A stretch of DNA of 64,000 nucleotides from assembly GCA_038231435.1 (NCBI GenBank), contig JBBRLJ010000017.1, forward strand, positions 1-64,000. The letters are read 5' to 3'. This DNA comes from Planctomycetota bacterium. Lineage in GTDB: Bacteria; Planctomycetota; UBA11346. Of the stretch, positions 10,597 to 20,842 are shown in pieces. The position numbers were made by a program, and so were the translations under genes. Every line of letters begins with the position of its first letter. Within the stretch, counting starts at the first letter, position 1. A model generated the notes under the pieces. The model saw only the letters and a program-made list of their open reading frames with translations. It searched no databases and had not been told where the DNA came from.

Positions 10597-12726
10597 CTAG
10601 CGCGCGGTGCGCGCGCGTCCATCGATGACCTCGCGCACCGTGCGCGCCAGGTCGTCGATGCTGAAGGGCTTGGTGATCACCGGCACGTTCACCAGATCCG
10701 CGTCGCCGACGAAAGCGTCGGCGGTGTAGCCGGACATGAACAGCAGGCGCACCCCCGGATGGATGCGCATCAGCTCGCGGGCGAGCGTCGGGCCGTTCAT
10801 CTGCGGCATCACCACGTCGCTGAGCACCAGGTCGATGTGCCCGCTGGTGCTCGCCATGCGCAGCGCCTGGGCGCCATCGTGGGCGGCGAGGACCCGGTAG
10901 CCGCGCCCGATCAGCGCTTCGCCGAGCAGTTCGCGCAGGGTGTCGTCGTCCTCGACCATCAGGATGGTCTCGGCGCCACCGCGGGCGGGGATGAGCTGGA
11001 CGCCGCCAGAAGGCGTGGATTCGCCGGCGAGGTCGAGCGGGAGATAGACCGAGAAGGTAGAGCCCTTGCCCAGACGGCTCTCGACGTGGATGCCGCCTCC
11101 GGCCGCATGGACGATGCCATAGACGCTCGACAATCCGAGTCCGGTGCCCTTGCCGAGCTCCTTGGTGGTGAAGAACGGCTCGAACAGGTGGCGCAGGGTC
11201 TCGGGATCCATGCCCACGCCGGTGTCAGACACCACGATGCATGCGTAGGTGCCCACGGCCAGGCGCAGCCGCGCCGCGCCATCGGCGTCGACCGCGCACA
11301 CCGAGGTGGTCATGGTGAGCGTGCCTCCGGCAATCATCGCGTCGCGCGCGTTGACCGCGAGGTTCACCAGCGCGAGCTCGAGCTGTCCTGGATCCATGCG
11401 CACCCGTCCGACATCGTGGCCGAGTCGCACCACCAGCTCGATGTTCTCGCCGATCAGCCGGCGCAGCAGGCTCTCGAGCTTGGAGACCAGGCCATTGAGG
11501 CCGATGCTCTTCGGCTTGAGCACCTGCTGGCGGCTGAACGACAGCAGCTGATGGGTGGTCGCGCTCGCGCGATTGGCGACCTGCAGGATGCCATCGACAT
11601 GGCGATGCAGAGGATGGTCAGGCGGCAGCTTGTCCTTCATCAGGTCGGCGTAGCCGATGATGGCGGTGAGCAGGTTGTTGAAATCGTGGGCGATGCCGCC
11701 GGCGAGCCGGCCTATCGCTTCCATCTTCTGCGACTGGCGCAGCTGCTCCTCGACCAGCGTGCGTTCGGCGACGATGCGGCGCTTCTGCAGCGCGAGATTC
11801 ACCTGGGTGGAGGCGGCCTCGACGAACACCACCTCGTCTGGGCGCCAGTGGCGCCGGCTGCTCACCTGGTTGAGCGCGATCATGAAGAAGCCGTCGACGC
11901 GGAAGCAGAATGGGTGCCAGAGCAGGCTGCGGATCTTGAGCTCGCCGTGGCAATAGGGCGCGGAGCCCTCCTTCACCAAAGGCTCCGACATGGCGTCGGC
12001 GTGGCTCACGATGGGCGTGCGCGTGTTCCAGAGATGCTTCCAGCTCTCGCGGAAGACCTCGAGCGGATAATCGCTGATGATCGAGAACGCCTCGGGGTTC
12101 GCCTGGTTGAGCCATTGGCTCACGCCGGCGGCGAGGTCCCGTTCGCGGTCGACGTCGAACAGCAGGCAGCGGTCGAGCCGCAGGGTCTCGCCCATCTCGC
12201 GCACCAGCATGTCCAGGACCGCGCGCGGTTCTTCGAGCGAGGCGATGGCGTCGGACATGCGCCGCAGCGATTGCGCGTAGCGCAGCTGGCGATCGAGATC
12301 GTCGCGTTGGGCCGCCAGCGCCGCCTCGGCGTGCTTGCGATCGGTGATATCGCGCGTCGAGACGATGATCGCGCCGATGGACGGATCGCCGAGCAGATTG
12401 GTGCCGGCGCTTTCGACCATGCGCCAGCTCGAGTCCTTGCAGCGCAGCCTGAACTCGACCGCGTAGCGCTGGCCGGGATGCGCCAGGCTGGCTGCGTAGG
12501 CGTTCCTCAGTCGTTCGAGATCGTCGGGGTGGATCAGGGCGAAGGCGTCGCCGCCGACGATCTCGTCGATCGGCCAGCCGAAGAGCCGCGTGAGCGCCGC
12601 ATTCGCCCAGCGGATGCGCCCGTCACCTGAAACCAGGCAGATGTAGTCGGTGTGCTCATCGAGCACGGTGCGCAGCATGCACTCGCTCACGCCACCTGGC
12701 GCCACCGGGTCCGCATCGGATTCCAT
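10597..12726 (-). CDS. Cytoplasmic hybrid histidine kinase, PAS-GAF-HisKA-HATPase-REC (CckA/NtrB-like)
   Basis: IHPDD PAS motif, [24 protein letters not shown]-box, N/G1/F/G2 boxes, C-terminal receiver (VEDD, SDVVMP, KP). Confidence 0.95.
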   Translation of the reverse strand: MESDADPVAPGGVSECMLRTVLDEHTDYICLVSGDGRIRWANAALTRLFGWPIDEIVGGDAFALIHPDDLERLRNAYAASLAHPGQRYAVEFRLRCKDSSWRMVESAGTNLLGDPSIGAIIVSTRDITDRKHAEAALAAQRDDLDRQLRYAQSLRRMSDAIASLEEPRAVLDMLVREMGETLRLDRCLLFDVDRERDLAAGVSQWLNQANPEAFSIISDYPLEVFRESWKHLWNTRTPIVSHADAMSEPLVKEGSAPYCHGELKIRSLLWHPFCFRVDGFFMIALNQVSSRRHWRPDEVVFVEAASTQVNLALQKRRIVAERTLVEEQLRQSQKMEAIGRLAGGIAHDFNNLLTAIIGYADLMKDKLPPDHPLHRHVDGILQVANRASATTHQLLSFSRQQVLKPKSIGLNGLVSKLESLLRRLIGENIELVVRLGHDVGRVRMDPGQLELALVNLAVNARDAMIAGGTLTMTTSVCAVDADGAARLRLAVGTYACIVVSDTGVGMDPETLRHLFEPFFTTKELGKGTGLGLSSVYGIVHAAGGGIHVESRLGKGSTFSVYLPLDLAGESTPSGGVQLIPARGGAETILMVEDDDTLRELLGEALIGRGYRVLAAHDGAQALRMASTSGHIDLVLSDVVMPQMNGPTLARELMRIHPGVRLLFMSGYTADAFVGDADLVNVPVITKPFSIDDLARTVREVIDGRARTAR

Positions 12727-12813
12727 GCAGTCGATTCTGGAAGCCGCGGCTGACTACTCAACCCATGGTCGCGCGTGCATGGTTGGCGAAATCCCCGCGT
12801 GTCATTTGCGCGG

Positions 12814-13716
12814 TCATGGACGCGGTTTCCAGCCCAGGACCGCGGTCCGGAACGCCGCCAGGGCCGCCGAACGCGTCCGATCTTTGCGTTCAACCAGCGC
12901 CAGCTGACGCGACAGCGCCTTGTCGGCGGCGCGCAGACCGAGCCCCGCGCCATCGGCCAGGCTCGACACGAACCCCAGGCCGATGCCGGCCTCGACCATG
13001 CCGGCGATGGTCGCGATCGAGCGCAGTTCCATGACCACCGAAGGGGACACCGCATGCTCGGCCAGGCGGCGGTCGAGCAGTTGGCGCACCGCCGAGCCGC
13101 TCTCGAAGGCGATGAGCGGCTGGTTGTGCAGGTCGGCCCACTGGAAGCGGCGCTTGCGCCCATCCTTGGTTTTGGCGGCGAGCGGATGATGGCGCGGTAC
13201 CAGCAGCACCAGTTCGTCGACCAGCCACGGCTCGACGGCGAGCCGCGCGGCCGCGAGATTTGCCGGCACCGGCAGGGTGACGAAGCCGAGGTCGAGCTCG
13301 CCGCCGAGCACCGCCTCGACGATGGTGCGCGAGGGGGCTTCGCGAATGGTGAAGCGGATGCCGGGATGGCGGCGGTGGAAGTCCTTGATGATTCCCGGGA
13401 GCAGGCAGGTGGTGCTGGTCGCGCCGCCGCCGATCGCCAGCGTGCCGCTCGCGAGCGCGCCGAGTGAACCGAGCGCCTGGCGGCCGGCGGTCAATGCGTC
13501 GAGCGCGTCTCCGGCATGGCGCCGAAAGGTCTCTCCCGCCGGCGTGAGGGTCAGGCCACGTCCCTGGCGGTGGAAGAGCGTGGCACCGAGCTCGTCCTCG
13601 AGCCGCTTGAGCTGGCCCGAGAGCGCCGGCTGGGTGAGGTGCAGCGCTGCCGCGGCGCGGGTCATGTTGCCCGACTGCGCGAGGGTCAGGAAATTACGCA
13701 GCACGTCAGTGTCCAT
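12814..13716 (-). CDS. LysR-family transcriptional regulator, divergent from acnB
   Basis: HTH 'NMTRAAAALHLTQPALSGQLKRLEDELGATLF' plus a LysR substrate-binding domain. Confidence 0.95.
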   Translation of the reverse strand: MDTDVLRNFLTLAQSGNMTRAAAALHLTQPALSGQLKRLEDELGATLFHRQGRGLTLTPAGETFRRHAGDALDALTAGRQALGSLGALASGTLAIGGGATSTTCLLPGIIKDFHRRHPGIRFTIREAPSRTIVEAVLGGELDLGFVTLPVPANLAAARLAVEPWLVDELVLLVPRHHPLAAKTKDGRKRRFQWADLHNQPLIAFESGSAVRQLLDRRLAEHAVSPSVVMELRSIATIAGMVEAGIGLGFVSSLADGAGLGLRAADKALSRQLALVERKDRTRSAALAAFRTAVLGWKPRP

Positions 13717-13757
13717 TGCCAGTGTCCATGGCCGCATCATCTGATGATTCACGGAGC

Positions 13758-13780
13758 AGCCATAATGAATCCTTATGGCT
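13758..13780. promoter_or_regulatory. LysR-type operator (T-N11-A; ATAA-N7-TTAT dyad)
   Basis: Perfect dyad AGCCATAA-TGAATCC-TTATGGCT in the lysR/acnB divergent intergenic region. Confidence 0.75.
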
Positions 13781-13878
13781 CGCGGGCGCGCCGGGATTGG
13801 TGGGCCGGCGCCCAGCGCTATGCTGGGCGATGCCTTGACTCGCCGGATCCTGAGTCCCAGGGCATAGAGGAATACGCC

Positions 13879-16422
13879 ATGCTCTCCGCCTACCGTGCCG
13901 CCGCTGCCGAACGCCAGAAGCTCGGGATCCCGCCCCTGCCCCTGACCCCGGACCAGTGCGCGGAGCTCTGCAAGGTGCTCGAGAGCCCGCCCGCCGGCGA
14001 AGAGGCCTTCGCCAAGCAGCTGCTGGTCGACCGTGTGTCGCCCGGCGTCGATCCCGCCGCCAAGATCAAGGCCAAGTGGCTCGGAGCCGTCGCCCACGGC
14101 GATACCAAGAGCCCGGTGATCCCGCGCGAGGAAGCCATCCGCCTGCTCGGCACCATGCTCGGCGGCTTCAACATCCCGTTCCTGATGCGCGAGCTCGAAG
14201 GCCCCCACGCCGCGGCGGCGGCTCAGGCGCTCAAGCACACCATCCTGATCTTCGACAACTTCTCGGTGGTCGCGAAGCTCGCCGAAGGCGGCAACCCCTA
14301 TGCCAAGGCGGTCATCGCGAGCTGGGCAGAGGCCGAATGGTTCAGCGAGCGCAAGGCGCTGCCCGAGTCCATCATCGGCGTGATCATGAAGGTGCCTGGC
14401 GAGACCAACACCGACGACCTATCGCCGGCCCAGCAGGCGTCGAGCCGACCGGACATCCCGCTCCATGCGCTGGCGATGTACGAGCTGCGCGACAAGGAGT
14501 TCCAGGCCAAGGTGCGCGCGCAGCAGCACGGCGGTAAGCGCGTGATCATCGCTGGCGACGTCTACGGCACCGGTTCGAGCCGCAAGTCGGCCACCAACTC
14601 GGTGATGTGGGCGACCGGCGATGACATCCCGTTCATCCCCAACAAGCGTTCAGCGGCGGTGGTGCTCGGCAGCATCATCGCGCCGATCTTCCTGGACACC
14701 TTCCGCGACGCTGGCGGCCTGCCCATCGTGGTCGACGTCTCGAGGCTCGAGACCGGCGATCAGATCGAGATCAGGCCGCTCACCGGCGAGCTCTACAGGA
14801 ATGGCCAGAAGATCGCCGGCTTCACCCTGCGCTCGCCGTCGATCCCGGACGAGTTCCGCGCCGGCGGCCGCACCAATCTGATCATCGGCCGCGCGCTCAC
14901 CGCGCGCGCGCGCGCGTACCTGCGCCTGCCCGAGAGCACGCTCTTCAGCAAGCCGACGCTCGCTCAGGCGGGATCCACGGGCTACACCCTCGCGCAGAAG
15001 ATGGTTGGCAAGGCCTGCGGCGTAGCCGGCGTGGGCCCCGGCGCGAGCTGCGAGCCGAAGATGACCACCGTCGGTTCCCAGGACACCACCGGTCCGATGA
15101 CCGCGGACGAACTCAAGGAGCTCGCCTGCCTGCGCTTCTCGGCCGATCTGGTGATGCAGTCGTTCTGCCACACCGCCGCGTACCCGAAGGATGTCGACGC
15201 GAAGATGCATCGCTGGCTGCCCGAATTCATCGTCGAGCGCAACGGCGTCGCGCTGCGCCCGGGCGATGGCATCATCCACAGCTGGCTCAACCGCATGTGC
15301 ATGCCCGACACCGTCGGCACCGGTGGTGACAGCCATACCCGCTTCCCGATCGGCATCTCGTTCCCCGCCGGCTCGGGGCTGGTGGCGTTCGCCGCGGCGA
15401 TCGGCTTCATGCCGCTCGACATGCCCGAATCGGTGCTGGTGCGCTTCAAGGGCAAGCTGCAGCCCGGCATCACCCTGCGCGACCTGGTCAACGCCATCCC
15501 GTGGGTGGCGCTGAAATCCGGCGACCTGACGCTGGAGAAGAAGGGCAAGAAGAACGTCTTCAACGGCCGCATCCTCGAGATCGAGGGCCTCGAGCACCTC
15601 ACGGCCGAGCAGGCCTTCGAGCTCAGCGACGCCTCCGCAGAGCGCTCGGCTGCCGCCTGCGCGGTGAACCTGAGCGAGAAGTCGGTAGCGGACTATCTCT
15701 CGTCGAACGTCGAACTGCTCAAGGCGATGATCGCCGACGGCTACGGCGCGCGCGAAACCATCGAGCGGCGCATCGCCGACATGCAGGCGTGGATCGCGAA
15801 TCCGGTGCTGTTGCGCGCCGACCCGGGCGCCGAGTACGCGAAGGTGTTCGAGATCGATCTCGACACCATCACCGAGCCGCTGGTCGCGTGCCCCAACGAC
15901 CCAGACAAGATCAAGACCCTCAGCGAGATCGCCAACGAACCGATCGACGAGGTCTTCGTCGGATCGTGCATGACCAACATCGGCCACTTCCGCGCCCTCG
16001 CGAACGTCTACAAGCATTCGAAGGTCGAATACCTCAAGCCGACCACCTGGATCTGCCCGCCGACGCGCATGGATGAGGCGGTGCTGATGCAGGAGGGCCA
16101 TTACGGCCTGTTCGGCAAGATCGGCGCGCGTCGCGAGATCCCCGGCTGCTCGCTGTGCATGGGCAACCAGGCCCGCGTCCGTCCGGCCGCCAAGGTCTAC
16201 TCGACCTCGACGCGCAACTTCGACGGCCGCATGGGCCGCGACGCCCAGGTCTATCTCGGCTCCGCCGAACTCGCCGGCATCGTCTCGATCCTCGGCCGCT
16301 TCCCGACCAAGGACGAATACCTCGAGCAGATGCGCCGCTGCATCGATCCTTTCGAGGCATCGATCTACAAGTACCTCGACTTCACGCAGATGTCCGCGCG
16401 CATCCCCGATTTCAAGGCGTGA
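13879..16422 (+). CDS. acnB: Aconitate hydratase B
   Basis: GETNTDDLSPA, GTGSSRKSATNS, GSQDTTGPMT, QSFCHTAAY, GSCMTNIGHFR and PGCSLCMGNQARV motifs; SD GAGG. Confidence 0.98.
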   Translation: MLSAYRAAAAERQKLGIPPLPLTPDQCAELCKVLESPPAGEEAFAKQLLVDRVSPGVDPAAKIKAKWLGAVAHGDTKSPVIPREEAIRLLGTMLGGFNIPFLMRELEGPHAAAAAQALKHTILIFDNFSVVAKLAEGGNPYAKAVIASWAEAEWFSERKALPESIIGVIMKVPGETNTDDLSPAQQASSRPDIPLHALAMYELRDKEFQAKVRAQQHGGKRVIIAGDVYGTGSSRKSATNSVMWATGDDIPFIPNKRSAAVVLGSIIAPIFLDTFRDAGGLPIVVDVSRLETGDQIEIRPLTGELYRNGQKIAGFTLRSPSIPDEFRAGGRTNLIIGRALTARARAYLRLPESTLFSKPTLAQAGSTGYTLAQKMVGKACGVAGVGPGASCEPKMTTVGSQDTTGPMTADELKELACLRFSADLVMQSFCHTAAYPKDVDAKMHRWLPEFIVERNGVALRPGDGIIHSWLNRMCMPDTVGTGGDSHTRFPIGISFPAGSGLVAFAAAIGFMPLDMPESVLVRFKGKLQPGITLRDLVNAIPWVALKSGDLTLEKKGKKNVFNGRILEIEGLEHLTAEQAFELSDASAERSAAACAVNLSEKSVADYLSSNVELLKAMIADGYGARETIERRIADMQAWIANPVLLRADPGAEYAKVFEIDLDTITEPLVACPNDPDKIKTLSEIANEPIDEVFVGSCMTNIGHFRALANVYKHSKVEYLKPTTWICPPTRMDEAVLMQEGHYGLFGKIGARREIPGCSLCMGNQARVRPAAKVYSTSTRNFDGRMGRDAQVYLGSAELAGIVSILGRFPTKDEYLEQMRRCIDPFEASIYKYLDFTQMSARIPDFKA

Positions 16423-16428
16423 CTGTCG

Positions 16429-16579
16429 GTTGGGGGCTGCGGACCCCCAACATCGACCTCCGGCCTGTCCCCAGGAAGCAGGAGCCAGCCCGGTCATTGC
16501 CCAGTTCAGTTCTCCACCCCATGCATTGCTGCTTGGGGGCAGCGCGGAGCGCGATGTTGGGGGGCCGTAGTCCCCCAAC
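16429..16579. repeat. Inverted pair of family C hairpin repeats between convergent acnB and phyH
   Basis: GTTGGGGG..CCCCCAAC-ATC-N4-TCC-N4 occurs on + at 16429 and on - from 16579. Homologous to 34338, 46655 and 61839. Confidence 0.8.
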
Positions 16580-16585
16580 AAAAAG

Positions 16586-17500
16586 CTACCAGGTCATGCC
16601 GCCGGCCCACTGGAGCCACGTCCGTTCAGCGGTGGCGGGCTGCGACGAGCGGATCGACCAGGGCAGTGGGTAATCGCTGGTGCCGATCGCGTCGGTCAGG
16701 CTTTCGGGATGGAAGCGCAGGTCGATCGACCAGCGGATCCCGTCGGAGAGGTTCGGCAGCGAGCGGTGCCAGGTGAGATTGTTGAAGATCAGCGCGTCCC
16801 CCGGCGCCATCTGGCAGGTCACGACCACGTCCTCGCGCGGGTCGGCGCCGGTGATCTCGAGGAAGCCGCCTTCGCCGCTCTCGACGTGGTGCGGCATCAG
16901 CCCGTAGCGGTGCGACCCGGCAGCCACCTGCATGCAGCCGTTGTGCGCGTCGACTGCAACCAGCGGCAGCCAGGCGGTGGCGATCAGCTGGCGAGCGCTG
17001 CCTGCCCCGAAGTAGGCGCTGTCCTGATGCCAGGGCACGACGGTCAGCTGCTGGTGCGGCAGCTTGGGGCGGGCGTTGTAGACGGGATGGCCCATCACGC
17101 CCTCGCCGAACCAGCTCGCTAGCGCGTCGATCAGACGCGGGCTGCGGTGCAGGGCGAAGAGTTCGGGCGAGGCCACCTCTTTGCGCCAGCTGCGTCCGAA
17201 GCGCGCGGCGTGTGTCCCGGCGGCAACCGCCAGTCGCGTCTCGAGCGGCAGCTCTGGACGGGTGTCCGTGATCACGCCGCCCTGCCGCAGTTCCTCGAGC
17301 ATGCGCTCGCAGACTCGCGCGAAGGCGGCGCGCATGCCGGCGATGGCCTCGGGCGCGATCACGTTGCGCAGCACCACGAAGCCGTCGTCGCGCAGCGCGC
17401 GGAGCTGGCCCGGGTCCAAGCCGACCATGTCCAAGCCGGCGATGCCGCCACCGGTCTGGGCCGAGGTCGCCGAGCTGTCGATCACGCTGGTTCCGATCAT
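16586..17500 (-). CDS. Phytanoyl-CoA dioxygenase (PhyH) family Fe(II)/2-oxoglutarate dioxygenase
   Basis: DGFVVLRNV, WHQD, NGCMQVAAGSH, HRSLPN...IRWSIDLRF. Confidence 0.93.
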   Translation of the reverse strand: MIGTSVIDSSATSAQTGGGIAGLDMVGLDPGQLRALRDDGFVVLRNVIAPEAIAGMRAAFARVCERMLEELRQGGVITDTRPELPLETRLAVAAGTHAARFGRSWRKEVASPELFALHRSPRLIDALASWFGEGVMGHPVYNARPKLPHQQLTVVPWHQDSAYFGAGSARQLIATAWLPLVAVDAHNGCMQVAAGSHRYGLMPHHVESGEGGFLEITGADPREDVVVTCQMAPGDALIFNNLTWHRSLPNLSDGIRWSIDLRFHPESLTDAIGTSDYPLPWSIRSSQPATAERTWLQWAGGMTW

Positions 17501-17603
17501 GGATGGTCCTCCTGGCGGTGGCGGGCGGGAATGCGTTCATCATGCGGATTAACCTCGGGGATCGCAATTGCCCCGGCTCACTCGCATTGGTACATATTCA
17601 CCC

Positions 17604-18380
17604 ATGAGCTCCATCTTGGCCGCTGCTCCGCTGTATCCCGCGGGCCTGTCCGAGCCGCCGCGCATCGATCAGATCGCAGTGGCCGTGCACGGCGCGAACG
17701 AGCGCGAGCGTTACCACCTGCCCGGGCGCTGGTGCCTGCACTTCTACACCTACGAGGCCGAGATCAGCGTCGATGGGGTCGATCTGCCCATCCGTCCGGG
17801 ATACGTCGGCGTCTGCCCGGCTGGCGCCGACATGCGCTACCACTACCGCGGCCGCGGATCGATGCATGCGTACGCGCACTTCCGCATGTCAGCTGGTTCG
17901 GCGGCGGCCTCCTTGCCGGCGATGCAGGATCTCGGTCCGCGCTTCGCTGCGCTGAGCACCGCCTTTGGCGAAGCCATCGGCTGGCACGCGACCGCGCCGC
18001 GCCGCGCCGAGGCGCGGCTGTGGGACGTGCTGTGGGAACTGGCGGTGCGGCGCGATCCGGCCTGCCACGCGCTGGTCGAGCAGGCCCGTCACCATATCGA
18101 GATGCGCCTGTCGGACCGCCTGTCGGTGGCGGGGGTCGCAAGCGTGCTCGGCTGTTCGCACAATCACCTCACGCGGCTGTTCCAGCGCGACCTGCGCATC
18201 ACCGTGGTGGGCTACATCCGCAACCGGCGCGCCCAGCGCGCTCGCCATCTGCTCCGCCATTCGACCATGGCGATCGGCGCGATCGCCGCCGAGGTCGGCA
18301 TCCGCGATCCACACCTGTTCAACAAGGTGATCCGGCGCGAGCTGGGAAAATCGCCGCGCGGGGTGCGCGAGGCGGGGTGA
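17604..18380 (+). CDS. AraC-family transcriptional regulator, divergent from phyH
   Basis: C-terminal double HTH 'LSVAGVA...HLTRLF...IAAEVGIRDPHLFNKVIRRELGKSP' and a cupin-like N-terminus. Confidence 0.92.
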   Translation: MSSILAAAPLYPAGLSEPPRIDQIAVAVHGANERERYHLPGRWCLHFYTYEAEISVDGVDLPIRPGYVGVCPAGADMRYHYRGRGSMHAYAHFRMSAGSAAASLPAMQDLGPRFAALSTAFGEAIGWHATAPRRAEARLWDVLWELAVRRDPACHALVEQARHHIEMRLSDRLSVAGVASVLGCSHNHLTRLFQRDLRITVVGYIRNRRAQRARHLLRHSTMAIGAIAAEVGIRDPHLFNKVIRRELGKSPRGVREAG

Positions 18381-18404
18381 CGTCAGCTCAGACCGGGAAT
18401 CGGA

Positions 18405-18953
18405 TCAGGCCAGGCGCGCGCGCAACTCGGCGAGATCCATGACCTCGCCCGGAGTCGGCCGGTCCATCGCCACCATCGCCAGCAGGTTCGGCTCGCCCTG
18501 CAGCGGCGCCGGCCACGGCGGTGGCGCGTGCAGCCAGATCCCGTCGCGGCGCATGTGCGAGCGGTCGCTCGAGAGCGTGGCGTGGTATGCGGCACCGCCC
18601 ATGACGCGGAAGAGCGGACGCAGCTCGACGGGAATCGGTTCGGCGAACGCGGCGGCGAGGTAATCGCCGGCGGCGACAGGGGCGCCCAGCGTGCTGTCGA
18701 GATCCCACGCCTGCCATGGCGAGCCCGCGTGGCCGCGCGAGAACAGCAGGACATGGTAGTCCCAATCGACATGTTGACCGCCGGCGATGGTCTGGCGCTT
18801 CACGCGCACGCTGCCCGACAGAGACGAGACGATCGCCACCAGCACATCGCCCTTGGCCACCAGGGGATGGCGGCACAGCCGCCAGACGTTCTCCTCGCAG
18901 AAGAATGGCTGGTGGTCGAAGCCGAAGCCATGGCCTCCGCAGCCGACGCTCAC
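18405..18953 (-). CDS. Protein N-terminal glutamine amidohydrolase homolog (NTAQ1/WDYHV1 family)
   Basis: FCEENVWRL, WDYHV, DLDS, FRV, SDRSHM and PPPWP occur in the same order as in eukaryotic NTAQ1. Start uncertain; GTG at 18953 chosen. Confidence 0.9.
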   Translation of the reverse strand: MSVGCGGHGFGFDHQPFFCEENVWRLCRHPLVAKGDVLVAIVSSLSGSVRVKRQTIAGGQHVDWDYHVLLFSRGHAGSPWQAWDLDSTLGAPVAAGDYLAAAFAEPIPVELRPLFRVMGGAAYHATLSSDRSHMRRDGIWLHAPPPWPAPLQGEPNLLAMVAMDRPTPGEVMDLAELRARLA

Positions 18954-18972
18954 GCGGGTGTCCGAGCGATGA

Positions 18973-19719
18973 TCATGCTCGAGGCGCGGGCTTGCGGTCG
19001 AGCAGCTGGCCAAGCGGCTCACGGTTGACCCAGATGTACTCGACGATCGAGGCCACGCTCACGACCGCGCATACCCAGGTCGCCCAGAAGGCGTAGGTCA
19101 GCTGCCACGGGTAGCGGTGGTTCCAGAAGGCGGGCAGGGCCATGATCGAGATCAGGGCGATGCCTTGCAGCCAGGCCTTGAGCTTGCCCGAGGCGCGCGC
19201 GGCGAGCACCACGCCCTTGGTCGCGGCCATGGCGCGCAGCGCGCCCGCGATGATCTCGCGCAGCACCATCAGGAAGACCGGCAGCCAGGGCACCATCGCC
19301 GCGCCGAGTACTGCCTGGCCAGCGGAGGCGCCGACGACGTACACCGGCTGCATGCCGCGGATGGCTTCATAGGACACCGTCTCGGGGGCGGACATCGTCG
19401 CGCCCGCGGCCTGCTGCGCGGCGCCAATGACCACCTCGTACCCGATTCCACCGGCCGGCAGCAGGAAGGCGAGGAACACCGAGATGCGGTAGAGCACGTC
19501 GCAGAACGGATCGGCGAGCTTGCCGAAATCAGAGACCTCGCCCCGCCGGCGGGCGATCCGCCCGTCGGCCAGGTCGGTATATTCGGCGAGCGCGCACAGC
19601 AGGCCCGCTGCCCAGAAGCAGTAGTTACCCTCGATCGGCAGCAGCAGGTACGAGCACACGATGCATGGCATCAGCACCAGGCGCGAGAGCGTGATCTTGT
19701 CGGCGAGGGTGATGTACAT
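18973..19719 (-). CDS. pgsA: CDP-alcohol phosphatidyltransferase (PgsA-like)
   Basis: TDLADGRIARRRGEVSDFGKLADPFCD signature; several transmembrane segments. Confidence 0.85.
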   Translation of the reverse strand: MYITLADKITLSRLVLMPCIVCSYLLLPIEGNYCFWAAGLLCALAEYTDLADGRIARRRGEVSDFGKLADPFCDVLYRISVFLAFLLPAGGIGYEVVIGAAQQAAGATMSAPETVSYEAIRGMQPVYVVGASAGQAVLGAAMVPWLPVFLMVLREIIAGALRAMAATKGVVLAARASGKLKAWLQGIALISIMALPAFWNHRYPWQLTYAFWATWVCAVVSVASIVEYIWVNREPLGQLLDRKPAPRA

Positions 19720-19826
19720 GCGGAGCCGCAGAGAGACTACGTACGACCCGGTGCGCACCAACGGGCAACCAGGAGGAGAGCGGATACCGACAGCCGGAGG
19801 GCGGCCAGCGCCGCCCGGGCGAGCGT

Positions 19827-20702
19827 TCAGGGCAGCAGCTGGTGCTTACGCATGCACGCCAGCAGCGCATCCTTCTTCGCCGGGGTCATGGTGATCATCG
19901 GCAGGCGGAACTGCTCCTTGCAGAAGCCCAGCGCCGCGACCGCGGTCTTCACCGGGATCGGATTGGTCTCGCTGAAGGTGACCTTCTGCAGGTCGCACAC
20001 CAGCGCGTGCAGGCGTCGGGCCTCGGCGGGATCGGGCTTGGCGCAGGCGTCGACGTACTGGCGCATCAGCTTGGGCGCGAAGTTGGCCACCACGCTGATC
20101 ACGCCGATCGCGCCCAGGGCCATGAAGGGCAGCGTGTAATGATCGTCGCCGCTGATCACCGGGATGCCGCGCTCGACCATCTCCTGCACCTGCTCGCAGT
20201 TGCCGGTGGATTCCTTGACGCCGGCGAGGTTGCCGAGCGCCATGACGCGCGCAGTGGTCTCGGGCAGCAGGTTGACGCCGGTGCGCCCGGGGACGTTGTA
20301 GAGCACGTACGGGAGCTTGGTCGCCTCGCGCACCGCCTTGAAGTGCTGGAAGAGGCCTTCCTGCATCGGCTTGTTGTAGTACGGCGTGATGGTGAGGATG
20401 CCGTTGGCGCCGAGGCGCTCCGCCGCCTGGGCCAGGCTCACCGCTTCGCGCGTGCTGTTCGACCCCGCGCCGGCGATCACCGGCACGCGGCCCGCGGCCG
20501 TCTGCACCACCTCGCCGATCACCTGGTGCTGCTCGTCGTGCGAGAAAGTCGCGCTCTCGCCGGTGGTGCCGCAGGGCACGATGCCCTGGGTGCCTTGGGC
20601 GATGTGCCACTCGACCAGCTTCTTCAGCGCCTTGAAGTCCACGCGATCCCCGTCGAAGGGCGTGACGATGGCGACGATGGAGCCGGTGAATGGGGGGGCC
20701 AT
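19827..20702 (-). CDS. dapA: 4-hydroxy-tetrahydrodipicolinate synthase
   Basis: GTTGES, PYYNKP, LYNVPGRT, GVKE (Schiff-base Lys), NPIPVK. Confidence 0.96.
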   Translation of the reverse strand: MAPPFTGSIVAIVTPFDGDRVDFKALKKLVEWHIAQGTQGIVPCGTTGESATFSHDEQHQVIGEVVQTAAGRVPVIAGAGSNSTREAVSLAQAAERLGANGILTITPYYNKPMQEGLFQHFKAVREATKLPYVLYNVPGRTGVNLLPETTARVMALGNLAGVKESTGNCEQVQEMVERGIPVISGDDHYTLPFMALGAIGVISVVANFAPKLMRQYVDACAKPDPAEARRLHALVCDLQKVTFSETNPIPVKTAVAALGFCKEQFRLPMITMTPAKKDALLACMRKHQLLP

Positions 20703-20842
20703 GACATCCTCTTGTGGACGCGCAGACTCAAGCGGGCGTGGACGGGTGCCAGCGAAAAGGGCCGGTCGCTGCCAGGCAGGCGCCCGGATCCATGGCGGCG
20801 TCCGTTGCCCGTGATGGCGCTTCCGCCATGCTGCCGGCCCCG

